A DNA stretch of 63,616 nucleotides, filler included, from Octopus bimaculoides (lineage: Eukaryota), in NCBI RefSeq assembly GCF_001194135.2. It is 4 parts of 4 records of this genome, joined end to end, with 100 filler letters (N's around TTAATTAATTAA, not from the genome) between each part and the next. Parts side by side here need not be neighbours in the genome. Positions count along the whole stretch, not along the records: positions 1 to 18,874 come from NC_068982.1; positions 18,975 to 30,369 come from NC_068984.1; 2 more parts are not named here. The stretch is one strand, 5' to 3'. A program made the position numbers and the translations under genes. The stretch's first letter is position 1, and each line of letters starts with the position of its first letter. Shown here piece by piece: positions 11,021-22,640 of this stretch. The notes under the pieces were generated by a model, which did not search any database, was not told where the DNA came from, and was given only the letters and a program-made list of their open reading frames with translations.

Positions 11021-12159
11021 NNNNNNNNNNNNNNNNNNNNNNNNNNNNNNNNNNNNNNNNNNNNNNNNNNNNNNNNNNNNNNNNNNNNNNNNNNNNNNNN
11101 NNNNNNNNNNNNNNNNNNNNNNNNNNNNNNNNNNNNNNNNNNNNNNNNNNNNNNNNNNNNNNNNNNNNNNNNNNNNNNNNNNNNNNNNNNNNNNNNNNNN
11201 NNNNNNNNNNNNNNNNNNNNNNNNNNNNNNNNNNNNNNNNNNNNNNNNNNNNNNNNNNNNNNNNNNNNNNNNNNNNNNNNNNNNNNNNNNNNNNNNNNNN
11301 NNNNNNNNNNNNNNNNNNNNNNNNNCGCACATTCGGACATGCATACATACTAGCACACACATATGTTAATGTCCAATTAAATTGGCGAAGGAATAGAGTG
11401 AAATGAAGTAGGAAATAACTTAAGTGGTGATGTGGTGCGCTGGATTGGTGTAGGGAAATGTTGTGTTGGTGTGTGGAAGCAGCAGTGGCCACAGAGGTGG
11501 TGCTTGCTGATGGTGTTACTATTGGTGTAGGTGGCTACAGATTGAGGGCTTCGTGAGTTGATAAAACGTAAAGACGACACGGCAGAACCCTTAGCGACTG
11601 TTAATTACTAGTGGTTGCGGCGGGAAGGTTTCCGTAGTAGCGGGAGACTGAGAGAGAGAGAAATAGAGAGAGAGAAATAGAGAGAGAGAAAGAGAGAGAG
11701 AGAAAGAGAGAGAGAGAGGGGGAATAAACATAACATAAATGAAAGAAGGAACGATAAAATTAAGGAAGAACAGATAAGGAAAAAAGAATGAAGACATGAA
11801 GGACAATTGTAAAAATTACAGAAAGGAATAAAGAAGGGAGAGAAAAGGTATGAAAATAGTAGAGAAGAAAAGACAGAGAGAAAGAGAGCTAGAGAAGGAA
11901 TGAGAGAAGGAATGATGGGGAAGAGAAGAATGAAGCATACAGAACAAAAGAGTCAAAAAGGAAAGATGATCGGAAGTTATCTAAATTTTTGACTTGATTA
12001 TAGTTGTCTATATTGTTGTATTGTGTGTGTTTGAGTGTGTGTGTGTGTGTGTGTATATGTGTGTGTGAGTGTGTGTGTCTGACTCTGTGTGTGTGTGTGT
12101 GTGTGTGAGCGTGGACTATGCAGTTGTGAGGCTTGTGATATATTGGAGTGATACTTCGG

Positions 12160-12385
12160 TAAGTGTTGGTGATGGTGCAACACTGTATGTCTTGGTGTGT
12201 CACCATACGTGTTGGTATTGGTGTTGTGCCGTATGTGTTGGTGGTGGTGTGTCACCGTAAATACTAGTGATGGTGTGTCACTCTATGGGTTGATATTGGT
12301 GCATCATTATGTGTTGATGGTGGTGCGTCACTGTATATATTGGTGATGGTGTTTCGCCATACGTGTTGGTGATGGTTTTTCACTC
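12160..12385. repeat. Degenerate ~26-bp minisatellite, about 9 units
   Basis: Units resemble TGTGTTGGTGATGGTGTGTCACCGTA. Confidence 0.7.
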
Positions 12386-13224
12386 TAGCATTATTCACAA
12401 GACTATTATGCTTGAAGGGGATCATCCAAGTATATCACATTATGTCACACCTTCATACATAATCAACATGAATAGATAGAGATCTACCTCCAATGATTCC
12501 TTCGAAATGTAATAATGCAGGGCATTATTATGTTATTCCGTTGGTGAAACTTTGAGTAGTAGCTACAGTTATTTCGAAAACTGCATTAAATTCATTGGAT
12601 ATTATAAATTACTCCACATTTTATTATGTTCTCCCTACTTATCGTATATCAATTCAGATTACATTATATATATTTTAATACAGGGTATATAGTTACGTGT
12701 ATATATATAACTATCTATATGTATATAAAGCACATATATATATATATATATCTATATATATACATACAGAAAGCAAGGGAGGCAGGGTTAAAGATATGAT
12801 TTTGTGTGTTTAAATGATTGTATATATAAACGAAGATACTATTTAAGTAAAGTGTTTTTGCAGGGATCTATCTGGTTATCTATCTATCAATCTAAAGGCA
12901 CACACATATCACTAACCATATATACTTAATTGTATGCTTTGTGTATTTGCCGGTGGGCTGCTATCGGCGTGGTGAGTATATACTCTCCCACAGCACCGAA
13001 TGTTAAGACACCTCAGAGTCATGAACAGGCGAGATAACTCACCTTCAATCCCATCTAGAAGTAAAGGACATCGGTGCTTCGCCATTTTTGTGGCTTGTCA
13101 GCATCACGTACCCGACAGAATCGGAAGCGAATGATCTCGCTAGTCCACAACTTATATGATCATGGCATGCAAAACCATGTACGGGTAAGCCCGGAAAATG
13201 CATACGTATAAATAAATTGAAATC

Positions 13225-13325
13225 TGAAATGGAAGTAGCTCTAGTATAATGAATATCATTAACCACGTATACGTTAAGTATATGTGGTAAATGATATTTA
13301 TCATACTAGAGCTGCTTCTATTTCA
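13225..13325. repeat. 48-bp inverted repeat with a 5-nt loop
   Basis: Arms 13225-13272 and 13278-13325, 6 mismatches. Confidence 0.9.
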
Positions 13326-13333
13326 TATTTAAA

Positions 13334-13368
<35 letters not shown>

Positions 13369-13708
13369 NNNNNNNNNNNNNNNNNNNNNNNNNNNNNNNN
13401 NNNNNNNNNNNNNNNNNNNNNNNNNNNNNNNNNNNNNNNNNNNNNNNNNNNNNNNNNNNNNNNNNNNNNNNNNNNNNNNNNNNNNNNNNNNNNNNNNNNN
13501 NNNNNNNNNNNNNNNNNNNNNNNNNNNNNNNNNNNNNNNNNNNNNNNNNNNNNNNNNNNNNNNNNNNNNNNNNNNNNNNNNNNNNNNNNNNNNNNNNNNN
13601 NNNNNNNNNNNNNNNNNNNNNNNNNNNNNNNNNNNNNNNNNATATATATATATATGTATATGTATATATATGCTTGCATGTATGTATGTATATATGTATG
13701 TATGTATG

Positions 13709-13742
<34 letters not shown>

Positions 13743-13789
13743 GGTAGGTAGGTATGTATACGCCTAGTTCTGTAGCGTAGTGCACCAAT

Positions 13790-14068
13790 AGATGACAGCA
13801 CACGGTTGCATGTACTGTAAGAGCTAGCAGTGTGCCGAGTAACATCGCTATGTTTACTTCGCTTGTTGTGAAATTTTTTTATAGTCACGTGTAATGTGTA
13901 ATTCGCGATTTTTGTCACGGACTGGAAGTTGGAAAGAAGAGCCAACGTGAGAGTTTGCTCAAACTTGGGAAGTCTACTACAGAGACATTGAGCATGCTTT
14001 GGCAAGCTTACGGCAACGAGCCCATGGGTCGTACGCAATGTACGAGTGACGTGGCGCTTCAAAAGCGG
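13790..14068 (+). mobile_element. Mariner 5' fragment (HTH region)
   Basis: KLGKSTTETLSMLWQAYGNEPMGRTQC then, after a frameshift, RFKSG; typical of a mariner transposase N-terminus. Confidence 0.8.
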
Positions 14069-14074
14069 TACGAC

Positions 14075-14398
14075 AGAGCAGCAATTCAGTTTTATTCTCA
14101 CGGAAATTCTTTTCGATACCCCGAGAATAGGACAGCAACTAGTCTTGCAAAGCATGTCTGGGAATTGGAAGAGAATGACACCTGTCCTTTCAATATTACC
14201 TGGGAAATTTTAGAAAATGCATCATCATACAGACATGGAGCTTATAAAAGACCCATGAAGTGCTATCTTTGCCTCTCAGAAAAGTTCTTCATCCTGTTCC
14301 GAGATAAACATGCTTTGAACCAGAGACGCGAGCTTTTAAATTCCTGCAGGCATGACGTGAGGTTTAAAATGTCAACTGATAAAATACCGTACGGGTAA
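14075..14398 (+). pseudogene. Penelope-like GIY-YIG C-terminal fragment
   Basis: HGNSFR..TSLAKHVWEL..ITWEIL..CYLCLSEKFFIL..LNQRRELLNSCRH; same endonuclease type as 10067-10525. Confidence 0.8.
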
Positions 14399-15131
14399 AT
14401 TGTTTTGACTTTCGGAAAATTTTGACTATTTCATTTGAACTTGACTTTACACCTTATAGTTATTTATGTATTACAATGCCAGTATATATTTCGACTTACT
14501 GTCTATATTTACATCCGACTTTTAAGAAAGCCTTCGACTGTTTTACTTAAGATTCGCCGAGGTCTATTTTTATTTGTATGGTTTACTCACGTTTTTATTC
14601 TCTGATATTTTTCCTTTCCTTCCTTTCTTTCACCTTCAACAACTAAGTTGTATAAGCATAGAACAGGAGCTTTTATGCGCGAGCGTGTGCGTGCGTGTAT
14701 ACGTGTATATGCATTTGTATATATTTATGTTTTGCCTATATATGTCTGTATATGTATGTAGCCATGTACCAACGACTGTATGCTTTGTGTATATACGTAT
14801 AGTATAGGCTGTTTGGCATGCATAAGTATTGCTAAATGTATATGTATTTTAGCGTGAAAGATTTTTAAACGGATATGTCCTTTAATTTATTATTAATTTT
14901 ACCACTAATCATTTACGCTGGGTATTCAGGCTCTTTTCCTTCTACATAAGCTATTTTTGATATAAGGTTTTCTTCGATTTTTATAATAATATGATTTTAA
15001 ACTGCAGCTGTAATTTCATGCAACTCGTTATTGAAAAGATCGTTAGATGAAACAAAACCATTTTCAAATGTGTATCAATCAAAGTAATTGTATTTTGGTA
15101 AATAACTTTATCTTGCTTCATTCTAAACAAA

Positions 15132-15171
15132 ACTGTCCGACCAACGGAAACGTGAAACTCCGAGTAACAGT
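15132..15171 (+). ncRNA. Minimal hammerhead fold with a mutated core (CCGACCA)
   Basis: ACTGT-CCGACCA-ACG(GAAA)CGT-GAA-ACTC-C-GAGT-A-ACAGT: all stems intact; U4C and G8C substitutions. Confidence 0.6.
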
Positions 15172-15280
15172 CTTTGTGATATTTTTGCTGCTTTTTAATA
15201 AAGCATATTACTCTACCTCTGGTATTCGAGTACTATTTTTTCCACCCTGTTTCGCATTTATGTGCTTACTCTGGTATATA
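15132..15280 (+). mobile_element. About 150-bp element 'Y' with a hammerhead fold at its 5' side, ending in (TA)n
   Basis: Homologous to 37016-37147 (-) and 37149-37217 (+). Confidence 0.75.
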
Positions 15281-15314
15281 TATATATATATATATATNNN
15301 NNNNNNNGAATATG

Positions 15315-15535
15315 ATCTTTTCTACTCTAGGAACAAGGCCCGAAATTTTGGGGAAGGTGGGGCAGTCGATTAAATCGAACTCAATATGCAACTGGTACTT
15401 AATTTATCGACCCCCGAAAGGATGAAAGGCAAAGTTGACCTCGTCGGAATTTGAGTTTAGAACGCAAAGACAGACGAAATCCCGCTAAACATTTCGCCCG
15501 GCTTGCTAATGGTTCTGCCAGCTCGCCGCCTTGTT
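15315..15535 (-). mobile_element. tRNA-headed SINE family 'A'
   Basis: Reverse complement begins GGCGGCGAGCTGGCAGAACC and carries a B-box-like sequence; matches 25392-25610. Confidence 0.85.
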
Positions 15536-16571
15536 TGTCAGAATATAATGAAGGAGTTTTGAGCGGAAGTGAAAAACAAATAGAAACAACTGATCAAAGA
15601 ATAAAAGGAAATGCAAATAGAAAATTAGGAGGAGGCTTTCAGAGAAAGCATTAAAATTTTTACAAGGAGGCAGGAGTAGAAATATTTGGGACGGTACTAT
15701 GCTAGTATATATATATATATATGTGTGAATTGGTATATGTATACACAAATAAACACATATGCATATGTGCGTGAGTTGAAGACTATGAATGCGCATGTGA
15801 ATATATGCCTATGCGTTTGAATATGTTAAATTATGAGAAAATAGACTTAATATGTTACTAAGTATACACAGATGGAATGTGTGTGTGTGTGTGTGTGCGT
15901 GCGCGCGCGATGTGTGCGCGTGCTTATTTGTCGACGTGTGAAGGAAGTGATCTTCTATCTTAAAATGTATGTGAAGGCACAGTATCATGAACCATGGTAT
16001 ACGCTGGGCCTGCGAGAATGATACGCATATGGGATTGTGTGTGCGTGGGGGGGGAGATTGAGAGAGAGAGAGAGAGAGAGAGAGCGAAACTTCGCTTGTT
16101 TGTGTCCATGTTTCTGTATGAGTGTATCCGTGTGCGCATGCGTCTTGAGCCTAATCGTGTGTGTGTCTTTATGAATATATGTGTTTGTAGTGGGAGGGAG
16201 TGAATGTGCATGTGTGTGTATGTGTGTATGTGCATATGTACTTCCTCCGACTTGGAAACATTATTGCAGGTGACTGATTTCTCGTCCCTTAACACTCCAA
16301 GAAACTGCCTTTCTGCCCTAAAGTGATTAATTCTTCTACTTAAGAAAACCCGCCACATTAACATCGTAGAATATTCAGCAGCAGCAACAGCGGAGACAGC
16401 ATTAACGACTCCACCAATGTTATAGAGACACATACACACAAGGGCCGCGCATATGTGCTCACGTGCGCGCGCGTTCTTAACTCACAGACAACCACACGGT
16501 CATGTATGCAAGCTTGTGTATGCGTGTACGTATATGTTCATGCATATGCGCATGCATATGCCAATATTATA

Positions 16572-16670
16572 TGGTACTCCGTCGGTTACGATGATGAGTG
16601 TTCTAGTTGATACGATCAACGGAAATTAACGTGCAAGTGGCTGAGCACTTCACAGACACATAAAGATGTA
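16572..16670 (-). mobile_element. SINE family 'B' 3' tail fragment
   Basis: GGTACTCCGTCGGTTACG..GATCAACGG..TTAACGTGCAAGTGGCTGAGCAC is shared with 55218-55582. Confidence 0.7.
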
Positions 16671-16699
16671 TCGGCCACTGATGGGATGAACTCGAACTC

Positions 16700-17095
16700 A
16701 GAAACGGCAGTAATCAATTTCCGACTGCTGTTTTGAAGGCATGCAAGAGGACTCTCGTAAAACCACTACAGATACTTTACTAGGGTTTCCTTGCATGCCG
16801 TAAACTTCCCAAATTGTTAAAAATAAAGGAGGAAGGAGAGCAGATGCTAAAAATTGCAAGCCCATCTCTCTGACTTCACATGTTAGGAAGGTCGGGGAAC
16901 GCATTGTCAGAAACAGGCTGATCACGTTTCTAGAGGAAAATATCTGGCTCATAAACACATAATATGGCTTCCGTCCGGGGAGGAACTGCTTCACACAGCT
17001 ACTACAGCAGTTTGAATGGTTACTGAAACGTTGGCTCAACCACTCAAATGAGGATGTGATGTATCACGACTTTGTCAAGGCTTTTGACCGTGCGC
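16700..17095 (+). mobile_element. CR1-like LINE RT fragment
   Basis: KPISLTSHVRKVGERIVRNRL..YGFRPGRNCFTQL..DFVKAFDR. Confidence 0.85.
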
Positions 17096-17307
17096 AGACA
17101 GGATGCCGAATGCATTTTTGCCGAAGGACAAGAAACCGAAGCCAAGAAGCCGAACGGGCACAATGCTGCATGGACATAAAGCTGAATGGATACAATAGTA
17201 AAAAAGAAAAAAACACTCCTACCTACATAGATTAATGACCAATTCACCAATTTGTCACTGAAGATTGAACGAGATTAGAAATAGTTAATCTTGAAAACAT
17301 CTTTCTC

Positions 17308-17376
<69 letters not shown>

Positions 17377-17387
17377 TAATAATAATA
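17308..17387. repeat. (AAT)n microsatellite between ~70-bp direct repeats (17217-17286 and 17392-17462)
   Basis: TCCTACCTA..AATGACCAATTCACCAATTTG..ACGAGATTA.AAATAGTT is present on both sides. Confidence 0.8.
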
Positions 17388-17514
17388 AGTATTCCTACCT
17401 ATATAGTTTAATGACCAATTCACCAATTTGGCACTTAAGGTTTTACGAGATTAAAAATAGTTCACTATTTAATTACATTTTTTTTTAAGTAAATCATTTT
17501 ATCCTGACAGTTTG

Positions 17515-17890
17515 GCCATGGAATTCACTCAAACAGCACGTTGTGACAGAAAGTTCCTTCTTAATGGGTATACATGCGTTGTTGATAAAAAAATTAGGGA
17601 AACCACTTACTGGAAATGTGAAAAAAGAATAGTATGCAATGCTTGAATTAGAACTATAAGTGATACTAAACATGGAAACGCTTCAAATCATTTACATCCT
17701 CTAGATGGTGCTCATATTAACTTTTTGAAAGCTTTGGAAAAATGAAGACTTGAGCTGAACTGACAGAAGAGGTGAGAAGTAGTGTAAATAATAATGTCAT
17801 CGAAGAGTTGTTTCTCAGTATTGCTGGTTCTCTGCCTAAAAGAGAAACACTTGGGAGAATGGTAAGGCGAGCAAGAAAGATTAATGATAG
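17515..17890 (+). mobile_element. FLYWCH-type (MULE-like) transposase N-terminal remnant
   Basis: GYTCVVDKKIRETTYWKCEKRIVCNA*IRT..NHLHP, followed by SLPKRETLGRMVRRARK. Confidence 0.6.
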
Positions 17891-17959
17891 TGAAGACTTG
17901 GACATAACACATGGAGAAAAATTCCGGGTTTATGAAACTAATTCATTCACAGAGTTAGA

Positions 17960-18690
17960 ATCAGTGTGTGGCCTGGGAATCCACATGAGTAATGGTGCAA
18001 CATTCCATGTACATATTACCAGGATGTCAAATCTGTGCAGGCGAGCAGCTGGATCATTTAGAATGAGGAAAATGGATACCATGCTACTCCCATGGTGAAC
18101 TTTCTTTTTCAGTCGTCTGCATTACTGTTCCCAAATATGGTCACCGCGGAACGTCAAACTGGTGGCGCAACTTGAAGCATTCTAGCGCCACTACACGAAG
18201 AAGATTGGCACAGTGAAACAGATGAGCTGGGAGGGGCTAAAGGAACTGAAGGTCTAATCCTTGGAAAGAAGGCATGAAAGATATGCAGTGATATACTCAT
18301 GGAAGATTCTGGAAGGTCTATATCCCAACTTGAGAATTAAAAAGCTATATCAAACACCGAACTTCACGGCACGACATAATACCAAAGATTCTATCTATTC
18401 CATTTCGAATAAGGACCCAGCATTATAACAGCTTGGATTTCAAAGGTCCACAACCATTCAGCATTCTGCCAAACAGCCTCAGATATTTGTGAGGTGTAGA
18501 TGTGGAGGTCTTCAAAGAGCGTCTGGACAAATTTTTATCTAAGATGCCTCATGAACCCAAATCGTGATTGGACAGAAGAGTAGCTCTTCCAGCTCGCAAA
18601 TTCACCAAAGGCTCTACAGAAAAGAAACCAAAAACTAAAACACACTGAAAGGCAGTGCTCCAGCATGGCCGTAGCCTCTGGCTGAAAAGG
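17960..18690 (+). mobile_element. CR1-like LINE 3' end
   Basis: SRLHYCSQIWSP..SLERRHERYAVIYSWKILEGL..; tail GGCAGTGCTCCAGCATGGCC. Confidence 0.8.
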
Positions 18691-18974
18691 TTATATGTAT
18701 ATATATATATATATGGCACACATACGCATGCACACACATAAACACACACATACACACCTCTCACTTACATAAAACCACACACACACACACACATACACAA
18801 CACACATACACATATACACACATGCACACATACACATATACACACATGCACACACGCACACACACCTCTCACATNNNNNNNNNNNNNNNNNNNNNNNNNN
18901 NNNNNNNNNNNNNNNNNNTTAATTAATTAANNNNNNNNNNNNNNNNNNNNNNNNNNNNNNNNNNNNNNNNNNNN

Positions 18975-19155
18975 AAAAAAAAAAAAGACAAAAGTCGAAG
19001 ACGGGTGTGTAAACAACAAACAGATGTATTAGTTTAACGCTCGGGAAGTGAGAAAATCTTTTAAGTTTCGAGCCTATGCTCTTCGACAGAAAGGATCACA
19101 GAAACAAACAGGGAGAGAGACAATAAAAAAGGTTTAGTGACTAGCGACCAATCAT
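18975..19155 (-). mobile_element. Element 'X' copy with a hammerhead-like fold at 19057-19094
   Basis: CCTTT-CTGTCGA-A-GAGC(ATAG)GCTC-GAA-ACTT-A-AAAGA. Confidence 0.7.
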
Positions 19156-19574
19156 ATATATATATTTATTTATTTATTTATTTATTCAAAAGTCAGTATT
19201 GTTAAACTGGACTCTCTGAAGGTGTTGAGCTACTTTCAGTGGCTCGTGTGGTTGACATCATTATTTGTAGTCAAAATATTACACGATGTGATTGTTAATA
19301 TCATCTTTCCTTTTCATCGACGAGTATCAACAAATAGTTCTGTTTTACAGTCATTCATATGGTTGTTCGCGCGAAATCCATGAATGGTGTTGGCTTCTTT
19401 TGAATGCCTTCTCTGCTGATCCTGTTTAGTGTGTTGAGGTGTTGCTGGAAGTGTTGGGAGCTGACATATGTTTCTTTCAATGTCTTACGTTGTAGACGCC
19501 TCTCTGCTTCGGGCAGTTTCACTTCAGCTTCTCTCTTTGTTCTTGTTGTTTATCCATAGATTAGCTCCGATCCT

Positions 19575-19900
19575 ATAAAGTAGCGTGGTTTAGTGGTTGG
19601 GGCATTCGGTCACGATCGTTTGGTCGTGTGTTCGATTTCCGGAGATACGTTGTGTCCTTAAACAAGACACTTTATTTCACTTTGCTTCAGTCCACTCCGT
19701 TGGCAAAAAATGAGTTGTACCTGTAATTGAAAGGACCAGCTTTTTCATGTTCCATGTCATATTGAATCTCCCTGAGAATTTCATTAAGGTCACGTATACC
19801 TGTAGAGTGATCAATTACTTACACGTTAATTTCACGAGCAGGCCGCTCCGTTGATCGCATCAAATGGAACACTGGTCGTCGTAGCCGATGGAGGACCAGT
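19575..19900 (+). mobile_element. tRNA-headed SINE with a GTGTCCTT..CAAGACACTTTA core and family-B tail
   Basis: A box TAGTGGTTGG and B box GTTCGATTT; tail TTAATTTCACGAGCAGG..CCGTTGATCG..GTCGTCGTAGCCGATGGAG. Confidence 0.75.
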
Positions 19901-21089
19901 TTAATAGCTCTGATCCAGCACTTTTATAACACGAAGGCGATCCTACAAACGACCAGACGATGCTCACAAATCCATATTCGGAGTGTTTCCATTGGACTTG
20001 CTGAGGACAATGCTGCACACTCTAACGTGCCGTAATGAATGCATGGGTGTAGCGTGAACGAGCGTTTTGCACTCTTTCCAAAAAGCTATTCTATTCTTGT
20101 GCACCTGTAAGGGTATGTACGAATAGAGTGGTCGTTAGTGGTGGCCACCGCAGAAGTAGGGAAGGTGAACACATTTAACTGTGCTTGCCTACGCATGCAT
20201 ACATTTATAAGCACATATATATACACACATACATGCATAGATATATATATGCGTGTCGGTGTAAGCATAAACATTAATTATTAATAAAATACCTATCTGT
20301 CTGTCAGTATGTCTATCCATCTGCACTTATACACAGATACATACACATATACACTCACTCATACACGCGCACACGAACACACACTCACTTGTATACATAC
20401 ATACATCATATATATGTATGTATATATGTGTGTGTATATATATATATATATATATNNNNNNNNNNNNNNNNNNNNNNNNNNNNNNNNNNNNNNNNNNNNN
20501 NNNNNNNNNNNNNNNNNNNNNNNNNNNNNNNNNNNNNNNNNNNNNNNNNNNNNNNNNNNNNNNNNNNNNNNNNNNNNNNNNNNNNNNNNNNNNNNNNNNN
20601 NNNNNNNNNNNNNNNNNNNNNNNNNNNNNNNNNNNNNNNNNNNNNNNNNNNNNNNNNNNNNNNNNNNNNNNNNNNNNNNNNNNNNNNNNNNNNNNNATAT
20701 ATATGTATATATATACACACACATTTACATATACATATATGTGTGTGGGGGGTGTATGTATATACGTATGTATATATATATATATATATATATATGTATT
20801 GATTTTAAGATACATCGATATACGTATATATGTATATGTGAGTGTGTGTTTGTGCGTGTTTATGTGTATGCAGCTAAATGCAAGAATATAAATTAATCAT
20901 GATTGTGTGCATGTGTGTGTGTGCGTGTGTGTGTGTGTGTGTGTGCATGTGTGCATGTGTGTGTGTGCGTGTGTGTGTGTGTTTGTGCTATAATGCGTCT
21001 GTGCATGGTTCACGTCTATATAGCATCTGAACCAAGCAGCAGTGGTATACAATATCCTACAGTTTACATTCGACTGCATGTGGTTTGTG

Positions 21090-21355
21090 CAACCACGGTG
21101 ACAGCAACAACAACAACAACGACGACAACAACAACAACAGCTGCAGCAGCAGCAGCAGCAGTTTTCTCGCCCTCCTTCGTTGTAAGACTAGAAACGGTGC
21201 GACGGTGTCGGGGGTCTGTGACAACAGATGCTGAAATCGTTGATTCTGCTGCGCTGTCGAAGGCAATGGTAGAACTGGTGGTGCTGATGGTGCGGGGGGT
21301 GGCGGTGGCGCTGATACTAATTGTGGTTCTTTGTGGTTGAGTATTGTGATGATGG

Positions 21356-21404
<49 letters not shown>

Positions 21405-21523
21405 AGTTTTGGTGGTAATACCAACAGTGTTGGGGTTAGGTGCGGCTATGTGTGATGATGGTGGAGGTGGTGGTGGTGGAGGTGGCGGTGCTAGTGATGC
21501 TGGTAGTAATTGTGGGTTTTTTT

Positions 21524-21577
<54 letters not shown>

Positions 21578-22640
21578 TTGATGAAGATGATGATGATGAT
21601 GACGATGATGATGATGATGATGATGATGATGACGATGATGATGATGATGAAGATGATGATGATGATGATGATGTTGATGATGATGATGATGACGATGATG
21701 ATGAGGATGATGAGGATGATGATGATGGTGATGATGATGATGAAGATGATGATGATGATGATAACAATGATGATGATGGTTGTCACACCAACGGCGTAGG
21801 AGCTGGGTGCGGCTTTGTGCGATGGTAGAACCGGTGGTGGCAACACTAACTAAACCTATGGTGATGTCCATAGGCAGGTGTTTGCCATGTTTGATGGTGA
21901 TGATGATGATGATGATGATGCTGGTTGTGGTGGTGGTGGTGGTGGTGATGTTGTTGGTGGTGGTGGTACAATTAGAAACAGTTTCGGTGGTAGTAGTGGT
22001 AGTAATTGATGCAGCGTCTGTTAGAGTGGAAGTAGTGATGGTAAAGGTGGCGGGAGGAGTAGAGTCCGTGGTAGTAGCTGTGGAAGAGGTATGGGCGGTG
22101 GTTGCGGTGGTGGTCAGTCTAGTCTTGGGGGTCGTCAATGTTGTGGTTGAGGTAGTGGTGCTGGTGCCTACAGTTATGGTGGTGCGGTAGGGTTACAGCT
22201 ATTTTGTTTACTGTGGTTGTGGCGGTAGTAGTGCTAGGGTGGCGATGGAGATGGTGATGAGTTGTTTGTGGTGGTGGTGGTGGTGGAATAACGTCATTGA
22301 TGGTGGATGTGACATACACAGCAGCAGCAGCAGCAGTAGCAGCAGCTTTGACGACAGCAACTGTAGCAGCAGCAACAGCATCTCCAGCATCTGTAGCAAC
22401 AGCACCAACCTCAGCAATAGCTTCGGCATCGACATCAGCAACAGCAACAACAACAACAACAACAACGTTTACATCTACACCATCAGCAGCAACCGCAGCA
22501 GCAACCGCAGCAGCAGGGAGAATAACACCAACAGAAGCAGTTGCAGCCTCTCTGCAGCAAGAGATGCAGTAACAGTTGCGTCTGCAGCAGTTGCAACTTC
22601 AGCAGCAACAACAAGAACATTGCATTGTTGCAATGATGAC
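21090..22640. repeat. Mosaic of trinucleotide repeats (CAA, CAG, GAT, GGT) in a GC-richer low-complexity block
   Basis: Directly visible; yields homopolymer ORFs on both strands. Confidence 0.9.

Noticed and set aside
12160-12385. CRISPR-like appearance of the ~26-bp repeats
   Set aside because: Units are contiguous and degenerate with no unique spacers, the context is eukaryotic, and there are no cas genes.
13043-13223. Minus-strand exon with a perfect aag|gtgagt donor
   Set aside because: All three frames hit stops (the longest ends TGA two bases before the donor) and the acceptor lies inside the 13225 hairpin. A 12-nt microexon (13043-13054) is possible but unsupported.
17255-17290. CTGAAGA..GAAA spacing in the direct repeat
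   Set aside because: No stem II or stem I, and the second copy lacks the motif.
18919-18930. TTAATTAATTAA isolated inside N runs (also 30414-30425 and 62420-62431)
   Set aside because: The same 12-mer, with stops in all six frames, recurs three times between Ns. It is an assembly linker, not biology.
21331-22138. Poly-Asp, poly-His, poly-Ser and poly-Met ORFs as genes
   Set aside because: They are alternative readings of the same (GAT)n tract, with no splice or start context.
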